64,000 bases of DNA, taken from assembly GCA_024704765.1 (NCBI GenBank), contig JAKMXF010000035.1, positions 1 to 64,000 on the forward strand, written 5' to 3'. Under the pieces are notes generated by a model. It saw only the letters and a list, made by a program, of their open reading frames with translations. It was not told where the DNA came from and searched no databases. Of the stretch, positions 36,901 through 48,900 are shown one piece after another. Position numbers and translations under genes: made by a program. Source of the stretch: Oopsacas minuta. Lineage: Eukaryota > Animalia > Porifera. Positions within the stretch are counted from its first letter, which is position 1; each line of letters starts with the position of its first letter.

Positions 36901-39900
36901 ATCTCAGGGAAGTAGGATGTCCCGATAAAATAGGAGCAGTTGTCAAGTTGGGACAATATTCTTGAAAAGTGCTCCAATTAAGTGAAGTCAAGTATACTTA
37001 AATACAATAATATTTCTCTACCATGCTTCATAGAAGAACGTTGATATGTTAGTATTCTCGTTGTAAGCTATACGAGTAACATTGGATATAATTGGAGGAG
37101 TAGTATCAATGATATATCGAGTAGAATGACAGAGAGACAAAACGCCAGATCCTCCAAATATAACTTGATTCAATGCTTGTACAGTAATATAGTATATACC
37201 GTCTTCAAAGTGCTGGGTAACTCTACCCTGGTTTATATCTGAGAGAGGAGATGTGGAGTCTGCATTCGGATCTCTGGGAGTTAGAGCTCCCAATTCACAG
37301 GCTTCATAACCCATATACCAGGCATAAGCATATATTCCTATAAAGCAATAGATATAATTATAAGGAGTATATACGCGGATACAGTAATACATATTTACTT
37401 ACAACTACAAAAGTTCGCATTCAATTTATATAATTAGTATTGGGTTAGTACGTACTCATTTTTGTGTACCGAAGGAGTGCGTCTCAGCCGAGTTCCACTG
37501 TTAGTTATGGCGGATAATTGTGATATTCTTGTAGGATGCAATTTAGTGAATATTATTATGCTCTACGTATAACCAGGATGTAGAATAATCAGTCGCTAAT
37601 CTATGAAATAGAAAAATGGCTCAATTGTACATTACCTTAGCTTTGGAAGATTTTAACGTTATTTACAATCGTAATTTTAAAATGAAAGAAAGACAATTGG
37701 ATTAAGGAAGAAGTAACAATTTTCAGAATGTGTATAGTACACTGTATGTAGATATACATGTGCTACAGCCAGTCATGTATACTGCACTGGATTCCAATCT
37801 CTGATTCTATAAACATTATTTCTATTCTACAGAGACAGAATTGAATGGCAAGAATTAGAAATTTGGGCCCGGAATTGAAGAATGCAGTTCCCTGGGGTCG
37901 TTGGTGACATATGAGTAAAATACAAAATCTAAGAACATTTTAACTCACCACTTTGGTCGTCATGGAAACCTTGAAATGTAATACTAACAAATGAATTAAG
38001 TCTGGTATACTCCATATCATTCTGAATAGAGGGTCCATTAAAGATACACTCAGATCCTGGACCATCCTGTATAATCCTGTGGTATTCGAGGGGTGTAACA
38101 TACTCAATAGGTTCACACCTTTGATTGAAGGCTGCAGAGCATCCATCGTGTCTGGTTACATTCATAGAAGCATTGTTAATAATGCCAGGCTCAGGTACAG
38201 TAAAATCGATAAGCATTCCTGATGAACGGACATAGCTCTCATAGAGTAGCTCGTTAACAATGTATAGATTCAGGAAATAGAGTATGTCGTGTACTAACGG
38301 TAGATTCTCATACATGAAGCTAGCATGATTGCCTATACCACGCTTCTCATAGTAACTATACTGGAGATCAGAAGCGAACTGGATATTAGCATCAGCTCCA
38401 ATATCATTGATTAACTCACATATACGAAGAACACTCGCATAGTTGAAAGAGAAACATTTTGTTGGGAAGAGAAGACAGTCTGCTTGGCAATCTGTTAGAC
38501 TTACACCACTGGTTGTTTTAAATGCTGTCACTCCCAGCCGTTTGTTAGCGATAGTAAAGAATCCCTCCATTGTATCTTGAAGATCATATTGATTGAATTC
38601 AAATGGAGTGAATGGTACTGTTTGATCCCCTATTGGACCAGGCCCATAACCAATAGCTTGTGATTGATTCAATATATTCGTATCATCTACTATAGTACAT
38701 TCACCAATGAGTTTTGAAGGGTGAGAAGAGAATATGTACGAGTTGAAATCTACTCTACCTGTAGACAGAGTCATATCATATGTATCGAGACTGCATTCAG
38801 TAGAAGCACTAACTCCTTGTGAGTTCGAGGCACTAGCTGTCCAGTATAGCGGTATCCCTGCTATTAAACGTTTAGCTATGAGTGCTGTATTACCATTCAT
38901 TCTCTCGTTATCTACTACATCTGTACCTCCAGGATATGTACCAATTGAATAGGTAAGCTCTGCCTGGCTCTTATCATCTGCTACACTAACTTGTAGTATA
39001 AATGCTGGGTTTGTATAATCCCTACCTTCTACTTGTGTTACGGTGCATGGTGTTGCTCCTGACGATGTAGCTCGTCTCCTTCTTGAAGATTCCCCTTCGG
39101 CGATAGGAGAGAAGAGTGGGGGAGAATCGTCCATATCCAAATTAGACGCATCCAGGAGGGGAATCTGTATAGTAGGAGTAGACCAATGAAAGAGGTTAAA
39201 ATCAATGATAGTTATTTCAATACTTGTAAAGAGTAGATTTATAGTAAGCTTAAGATAGATGCTTACTGTTATGCTTAACGGGATAATATTAAGATCAACA
39301 CGTAGTCTCAAAGCTAGAGGAAATGACTTGAATCCAATAGAAGGCTGTACAGGTAAATGTGTGTTACAGATTTCACCAGTGATTTTGATACCAGCTTCTG
39401 CTATGCCGAATGACACAGAAGCAGTCCCGGTAGCTACCAATGCCACGAAGGGACTAACGTCTGCATTAGCTACCATTGATATGAAACAAACTTGAGCGCC
39501 GATTTCAAGTCCGTATAACCCGTCGAGGCTAAATGTGAAGTGCACCGGAACCATACCGATGAAAATGAATTCTTCTTCCATGTAGAAATTCTCTGTTTTT
39601 TGTCTCTTGAATGTTCCTTTAATGCATACATCAAATGTAGTAGGGAAATCAGTTTCATCTCCTCCAATAGGACTCTTTCCACTGATAAGTGCATTCAGTA
39701 ATTCGTTTAAGAACACATTTCTCAGATCTTGCATCAGTTGATTGAGATTGTTAGTGGTGTTCCCAGCAGATCCAGAATCTCCAAGGTCCTTTATATACGT
39801 TACAAACTCACCGAGGGTCATGTTTAAGAAATCAGGTATCTTGATACCACAGGAAGTCACATCACTATCCTCAGCCACTGCTCTCGTAGTTTTACTGGAA

Positions 39901-42900
39901 TTACAGTTAAGTGGACTAGGAATTTGAAATCCAGCACTAGCTAGTAATGCTAAACTATAAAAGCAATGAGAATAGTCTTCTGATGATTCATCAGGAGGAC
40001 AGAGATGAGCTGTGAAATCCAAATAAATATTTGTATCTTTTCTCGTTAGTTTCAAGGCTAACTCAACCGTTGCTATTCCTAATAACTCCACAGACTCCTG
40101 ACCAATGTTAATTTCCATTCCACCGTATATGTCTGGGAGGTCTATCACTTTCTCCAAATCCTGGAATTGAAGGGTAATCGATGGGGCACACGGATCTAAT
40201 GTCACAGAAAATGACACCGAATACTGGAAGAAGTCTAGCCTAAGAGCAGCAGCACATTTAAGCGTCAGACAATCCTCAGTTATTGAGCACCATCTGTTAG
40301 TAGGAATAGCACTCTGTAAGCTCGGACATAGATCTGATGGTAGAGCTATTAACTCGGCGATCAGTTGATCTCTGTCTCCTTGAGTTGGTAATCCTCTTAC
40401 CTTCAGTAAATCCTGTATTGATTGTAGATCTAGGAGTGAAGGATCGGTTAACTGTTCATTTGAACAGTCTAGAGCTTCTCGTAAATACTCAATAGTATTC
40501 TCTACAGTAGTAATTATCTCGGCTACCTCTGGCGTAGAGAGAGCCTTCAATATATCCAATGCTTGTCCAACTTTAATTGTATTAACAGAAAAGTTAAATG
40601 ACCCTCCTTCACCTTCTCCTTTAACGACAATATTAAATCCTGAACTCGTGTCTTGTGCATACTTTTCTTCCTGTTGCATTGTGAAGTATTTCCCAAGATT
40701 TGATCCAATTGGACGATCCAAGGGACCTCTTGGTCCGTTAGCAGATGCCTCGGGTAAAAGCCCACTCATAGCCGTGGGGTCCCCGCCAATAGCATCTGCA
40801 TATTTAGGCTTATAAGCAGATTTATTGGGTGGCTGTTTATCATTATTCGCTAACATGGGATTATCACAGGAATCTGGACCAGTATTACACTGACCACGTA
40901 CTGTCATGTCATTTCTAACCGGTTGCCCAACTATTCCTCCTTCTCGAATTACACTTCCTAGAACAACTAATTGATAGTCATTACACTCTTGTATCCATTC
41001 AGGCGTTTCTAAGAAGCGAGGTTGTAGGAATGGATTAGGATCTGTTGTTGATCCTCTAGATTTGGTCATAACTGTAAAATGTATAAAGTTAGGATCACAT
41101 CCTCCTGGATTGTCAGTAACTGTACCAATCTGATCGCCTCCTTCCACATTGACTCCTGCAGTAGATATGGTTGCTAATAGCTCAACATTATGAATCAATA
41201 TAACATATTTACTGAAAGAGCCTGTTGGAAATATTACACCTGATTATCTGGAACTCTCAGATATAATCCACTAGTCGGTGCGACTAATATATCTCCAGAA
41301 CTCATTTCAAGTTGTAATCCATCTTTATATACCGCAGGGTCTCCAGAAGTTGTTGGGTAGTATCCACACTCACAGGTTGACTCCTCACAGCCATCTTCCC
41401 CACGGATTTGTCTAGGAAAATTCCGATTGAATTTAGGTCCGAAAAGCCTCTCAATTAAATTCTTAACATTTTCATATGTTTCCCGTAATATCTCGTATGC
41501 TTTAATTGCAGTATCAACAACATTGACTGCAGAAGTATATGCATCTATAAATGGTTGTACAATCTCCAGGAGCGGAGCTAGTGGTTCGATAAACTTGTCA
41601 AATGCAGCTTTCAGGTCGGAATATGCTTTCATTCGTAAAAGTGTTACGTTGACTCCTGTAGCTTGCTCGAATGACGAAAGATTTCTGATTTCTGAGAACT
41701 CTTTAGCCTCTTGGAGGATAAGATCTTTGGTTTCTATCGTAGTATTGTATATTTCCTTCAATCTATTTACTAAATCCATCCATCCCCTCACATGTGCTCC
41801 TTCAAATTTTGCTGCATTCACTATTATATCTTTACAATCAATAACTGCGTTGAATGCAGATCTCAATTGAGCGATTGCCACTATAACATCTCTTATGGAT
41901 ATAATAGGATTTCTAAAGAAGTGTTCAATCGAATCTCCAATTGTAGAAATTGCTGATTTTATTGTGTCCCCTACCCAAGGCAGTGTAACAGTGACACAAT
42001 CTGAGATCTCTTGATAGAACATCAATACGTCACTACGTACATCGTTATAGAGTGATTTGATGTCATCTATCAGCATTAATCCTTTCTGTATGAAAGGTAA
42101 TTGTTGGAGTTGTTCCAAGATTCGACGTAGAGTTGGCGATACCACCAGATCTTGAATAATAAATGGCAATTCTTGAACAGCTTGCACCAATGTGTCAAAT
42201 ATATACTTAACATCAATATTTACTCCCAATACTTCTCTAAAACTTGTGATTGCCTCTTTTATCGATGAAACAACAGCACCGATCGTTTCGTCATAAATAT
42301 TGGCCAGATCACTAAATGAATTTATCCCTAATTCTTGGAGGATATTGAGATTGTACTCTATATAACCTTTGAAGCAAATTCTAGCACGAAACACATCAAA
42401 GGTTACACCCTAGATAGCCAAGGTTAGCAACGAAATATGCTTCGTCATGAATATCAGCTTCAAATCTCCCATTCAATGGTTGTATATTGAGGTCCATTAT
42501 GTTTCGTATAATAATGCCTAGAGAAGCTCCGAAATCAGAACTTCCAATAGTCTTCTTCCAGTCGAAACTAGGCGTCTGTAGATGGAAAGAGAGAGCATCA
42601 AATATACTGAATCTCCTTACTCTACGTCTACTGGCTCCTGCTGGAGACTGCTGAGCTTGTGTGTAGTTATAGAAATCAGATAAGATGTCTGCCATAGAGT
42701 CTGCTCTAGGATGTAGTTGATATTGGAGAGTAGCTTCATAACGGACTACTTCTGCTTTATCCACCAATGCTGCTGATAGTATCGTGTCTGCTGCCTGAAT
42801 AAAGAGAAATAAAATAAATGTACGCGTAACATAAATTCTGCAAATAAATTGAATTATTGTAAATATTTGTGTCAACATTATCAAATAGTCCGGTATAACA

Positions 42901-45900
42901 CCTACGATGAGAATACTGTGTTTAGTATCTGTGTTTAATAACATATATAAAATATATAATGGTGAACACAGAATAGTATTGAATGTAAATATCTGCTCTG
43001 ATGAATGACGTAATTTTGAAACATTAAATATTCCACCAACACTGTTTGTGATTAGAGTTACACTGGTAATATTTCCTCATTCAATACTCAACATGTGTCC
43101 TAACATACTCATTTAACTAAGGTAACATGACACAAACAGTGAATCTCGTTAACACGAACACGGTTATTACCTATTTCGGACAAGACTGAACGAATAATTA
43201 CACAAAGTCAGCAAGTCCCAGAAATAATTATCCAATTGGAATTACTCTGGTGAATATGAACTCGGGTCTCAAGCATATATTGACTACCGTTACTGTTCGC
43301 ATTAACAACGTTCCCCTGTATTATTATTACATCTCATAAATATTTGATAATTCATCTAGAAACTCAGTTTACAAAGAGTGTACCTACCTCATCAGTTATA
43401 AATCCTCTCAGTGAATGCACAGCTGATCTCCTCAGTAGAGAGGGAGCATGTTCAGACTCTACGAAACTCTTAAGAACATTAAAGCTATCCTCATGACCTG
43501 CATTACCCAGTGAGTGAATCAAACTGGATTGTCTCATTTCACTAATACTATTTCCAGATACTTTACGTGACTTCACTTTATTGGCCCGTTTGTATCTGTA
43601 ATGAATTTAGCATTGTAAATACACTATAAAGATAAAACAAAGTGTGTATGTGTGTCCGCGCGTTTTCTCAGAGATGCCTGGGCCAATTCGAACCAAATTT
43701 TGTGGTCTGACTAAATAGTACTAAACCTTTCCAAATATGAATTATTTTTCGAATCGAACCATTTTTGGACAAGATAAGTGAATTTTCACAGGAATCTGAT
43801 TGGTCAGCGTTGGCCAGTCAGATTCCTTCCTTCGTACAATACACGTAGCGTTCGCAATCTCCAAAACAATCGTGAGGGCCGAAGGCCCGAAAAAGCATTC
43901 CAAAGGCACTAGCAGAAAAAGCCGCCCAAAGGACGGCGTAGCAGCTAATACACTATAGAATATAGATACAGTCGAAATTGAGTTATTGTTTTGGTTTTAT
44001 AGAGGTATTTGTTTCTCTGAGGATAACCAATTAGTAATCTGTCCTACATATTTTGTTTAATAGTATAAAGTCGATTATTATAATCAATAAAATATTCCCA
44101 TAAGATTTGTATTAAATACATTTCGCTTAAGATGAAGTCTCAAATTATGAACACATCTTTGGTCAGGTAGGGGTTCAGGACAAGCGGCCCTTAGTCCATG
44201 ACTGCATATTAGCATTTTTCAAGACATTGGAATCATGGGTGTAGCACAGTAGCAGCATAATCATTTTTCCCTGGAAGAGATTTGGAAGGGTAACTTGTCA
44301 AATACGTTCAGTTTTCAACTAATCTGTAGTATATAAATCAATAGTTTTGGAACTCAACCCCAAAGCAATTATCAGCAACCTAAGCAGCAACCACACTGGT
44401 ACTAGCTACGCTTCTAGCCCCAGGCACATTCCCTGACGCTACGCGCATGATTGGAAATATTACTTTCTATAATTAGCAAGTAATAAAGATGCATACTTCA
44501 TGTTAATGGCCAATTAGTGTATCTTAGCTATCAGTTAATCTTGTCTGTCAGTTATTTTGTATAACGAGTCTTTGTCCATAGTATATTTGTCGCTTGACAG
44601 TGTAAACAAATGGACAAATAACTCAATTTCATAGAGACTCGCGTATAAAAACAAGTCGAATACAACGAAAGGAAACAGGGCTGAGCGTTCTAACGGGAAT
44701 TCAGCATATACTAGAATCCTACCTAACATGATCATGAGGTAGTGTCATCCTATGTAGCTTAGATAGAATACGTTGAGACAGGAGAGGATCTGAGTCTCTG
44801 AGATTAGCACTCATAGAACCTAGAGCTAGTACAGCCATATTGGACAGGGTAAGGTTACGGAGCTGTCTAGGGAATGATCTGGGATGGAAAGCTAATTGAT
44901 CCATCATCTCTATAGAGTATAGAGAGGTCTTTTAAGTGTAGAGAGGTGAGGGAGTATTCCAAAAGCCATATCTCTCTCTATACAACTTGCGTTAAGGAAT
45001 GATACCAGTGTGAACTCGCAAGGAGCTCTGCTACACATTCCTAATGCATCCATAACAGCCTCTATATGAGAGCGTCTTTTATTCAAGGGACATGAGAGAT
45101 AGACAGCTGATAGCTGAGTAATATCCTGGTCATCCATCAGCTCTATTACATTAACTATCTTTCTTATAGTTTTTACACATTCTACTGTACTAGTTGGATA
45201 ACAGTTATGTGTTTGGGATAGATTTGATCGGATCTGTAGAGGAAAGAATAGAAATAGTAAATAGCGTTATGGAAATTTCTGCTTTTCTAACCAGATACCA
45301 AGGCTGCTATATCAGGGCTATAGCCATCAAAATACAACAGGTCCGGTTGAATACAGCACAAGCAAGACAAAGTGGTCAAGTCAACCTGTACATCTGGACC
45401 TGTTGGTGAAATCTTTGAAAATTTGATAGTAGAGTTGGTCAGGTTTCAACCTGACCAACCAGCACGATGGCTACGGCCCTGATATTTTGTATAAAAGTGT
45501 GACTCTAGTCAGGGCTATAATTCTAAGTCAATGATATTATTAAATATTCTTCCAGAGGTGTGTTAAAAGTATACCCAGGATGCCAGAAGGAGCTAAATCG
45601 ATCTCAGATAGTAGTACGTGTTGAGATCAGGTCAATAGTAGGTCGGAATATAATCATACGTATGTTGCAAAGAAATACAAGATAAAGCTTGTTAGTAAGA
45701 GCTTCTACATTCCTATGCTCGAGACTGGTGAAATACCGTTAATTAACAATTAGGTGAAACCCAACCATAAACTGAGCAACCTGGCCAGTGGCTACGCTCC
45801 TGTATATGCAAGGTGCCAAGCTAACTGTATTTGCTACTTCTAAATATTCCAGTAAACCATTTAGTGAAGTGAATCATAGGCTCGTGGTTGCTGGGAGATC

Positions 45901-48900
45901 TGTATATAACAATCGCGGTATCTTACTTAGAAAATCTATCAACTTTTGAACTATTTGAAGAGTTGTTGTATAATATCCACATTCTAACCAGTAATAGAAT
46001 TATCTAAACATTCAAGTTATCTCTTTGTATTACACAGAAATCCAGTTGTTAATTAACTCTGTTAACAGAATTTCTCCCAACCGAAATTCGCCGATCATAT
46101 GAACATGCTAGATATAAGCACAATTCTCTGCAAAATGATTCTCATAGTATATTACTGTATATTTATGCAGGTTATAAGAACTGTATTGCTACTCCTAAGT
46201 GAGTTCTTATAACCGGCATCCACTGTACTCAGTCGATTGCTAGTACCTGAGCTATAGCAGTTGTGTATGTGACAGGATCATCCACTACTCTCTGAGCTAT
46301 AATACTATCTAAGATAAGATTAGAAGGTTCCTGAAATGATATAGTATCAATGCTATACTTTGCTATCAGATTAATATGAGATAGACCAGTAGCCTTTATT
46401 GGAGGAGGCTTATCTACCGAAGGAGATTCCATCGGAGGGGAGCGAGTAATCTTTGCGGTATCTTCCACACGGACCAACTCTATGTGACCTAATCAGATGT
46501 TATACGTAAGTCATATCTGAAATGCCAACCAGAATACAATGCAATCTCTACAATAGTGGAAATTTTGATCCACACTCGTTCATTCTATAGAAACGAATAT
46601 TTGAGCGGGAAATGGAGAATTGGAGATAACTTAAGATTAACAATAACTTCCAACATACAAATTAACTTCTATAATTAGTGAATTATTCTTGAATTATCAA
46701 TGTTTGTGCTAAATAGGTAAAATAATGTTATCTCTATTATTAATGGAAATCTTAGGATTTCTGAGAAAGTTTCTTATAAATTGTGATAAAAGCCATGGGT
46801 TGACACAGTTTGAGCCTGCGGGTCACATAGCATACTTGCCTACCCTGGACTATCCACAGATTTGACTTATGATTCAGGGGAATTTGCTAAGCCAGAGAAA
46901 ATATTGGAATATTTCTGGCGTTTTCTCATAAAAGAGGAAAAATTCATAAATGTATTAGAAAATAAATTATAAAACCAGGGAATTCTAAAAATACCCATGG
47001 AAAATTGGAAATAGTTAGAAAGGGTTGGAAACGACCGACCACTGTTAACAGCCATATTGGTACCATCTATGAATATATACCACTACAAGTATATACGTGG
47101 TACGTACATCACCTGGCCAAAAGTATTGGAACACCCTGCCAGCAGGCCCTGGACAGGATTTGTGGGCCCCATAACAACTTTCAACTCGGGCCCCACATAG
47201 GCGTAAAATGCATGCAGCGGCAATACGTAAGTTGTACATAAAAAACACAAAATAATGAAATTCAAAATGATTGAAATGATAAATAGTATGAATATTTATC
47301 TGATATGATTTAGAAAATTATCTTTAAGATAACGATAAAATAAAAAAGTAGAAAGTAATCATCAAGAAGAAGAAATAAATCAATATTTGGCATTTCGCAT
47401 GAAATGTAAGGAATTAAAATCAAATTTTTAGGCTTTCATATTTTTTATGTAAGAAAGCTTGGATGTTTTGTATCTGTACATTTGATAAGATAGAACATTC
47501 AACAAATGAGCTCTGAACATAAGGGAATTTTAGATCTTTTGTTTCAGATCTCAAAACATATAAGAAATCAGATCACGATACAGCGGCTTCCCGCATAATT
47601 GCCCTCCTTGCCTTTACGAGGCCCTCAAGAGGTTCTAACAAACCCACTTGCTTCTATCTTTTGAGTATAGTTTGTTACTTATCAGGGCCCCTACCGGGCC
47701 TTGCCTGCCACAATTGACACACAAAAGGCATACCACCTCAGTTTATCGGTTAAAGATGATTACTAACAATTTTCAACAAAAATACATATTTCATAAACAA
47801 GAAATGATAACAACCTATTGTTCTATTTTCTGCTGTATTCATAGAATCTTTCAACGTATTATCGCCGTGTACCACTTGTCCAAAGTATTGGATCACTGTG
47901 GCACAGTGTTCCGATACTTTTGGCCAGGCAGTGTAATTGAAAAGCAATATTAAGAAATGAATATAGAATGTAGATCAGTTACGTATAATATAATCTAATA
48001 AGATAAATGGTTAGAATTCATTTATCATGAATGCTAGAGGTTACCTGTTTCTTTAACAATTTGTATTTCTTTGTTATGAATATGATTATTTTCTATATCT
48101 TTCTTGATTTTCTTGTAAGTAACCATTCTTCCATCTTCCTTCACGTCATAACTACACAGAAATTCATTTTTACAACGAAACACACCTAGCTCAATTTGTA
48201 TAAGTAAATTACAACCTCTGAGATCCGTCCCGGCAGTCTCGTGCGGATCTCATAAATAACAATAACTCTATGGAAGTTCCAATTTGCATATATGTAATAT
48301 AATAAAATCTCAAATCACCGTCCGTGCCACCTAAAATTTTACTAATTATTCTACTAAATATCCACTTTAGCAAAGAAATATAAAATTGAATTTTACTAAT
48401 CTTAGAATTATGAAAAGTGTCAAAATCGTATTATACGTCTCTGATTACTCTATTTAACGAGTGGAAGCTAGTCTCTAGGATGATTGTTGAAATGTTCACC
48501 AAAAGTTGTGAAAATATGATTAATCGTATGAGAAATCAGTTTATATATATTATATTAACCAATAGAATTACAGTCTACATCAATAAAATACACTACAGAG
48601 CAAATTTAATTACAAACATTCCATCAGAACTAATTTTATGCATTTATGACTAATAGTGAAACCATACAATCTGATTGGGCTAAAATACAGAGGTTTCTAA
48701 AGATGTGAAAAGATATACACTAGAAAAATATCAAATGTCAGGTGTACAACTAGATGTCACTACGAGTATACATACCAAATTTGGTGTCTTAATCTCTAAA
48801 GGTGTGAACAGCTGAGTGAAAACATATATACATACTAAGTCAACCATTTTAGAACTGAGCTACTATACAGGGCCGTTGGAACAGATGCGGCAGGTGCGGT

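Noticed and set aside
33200-44930. Programmed ribosomal frameshifting or tiny introns as the explanation for the frameshifts
   Set aside because: No slippery heptamers at the sites, the shifts go in both directions, and the candidate 18-28-nt introns at ~41230 do not restore the frame.
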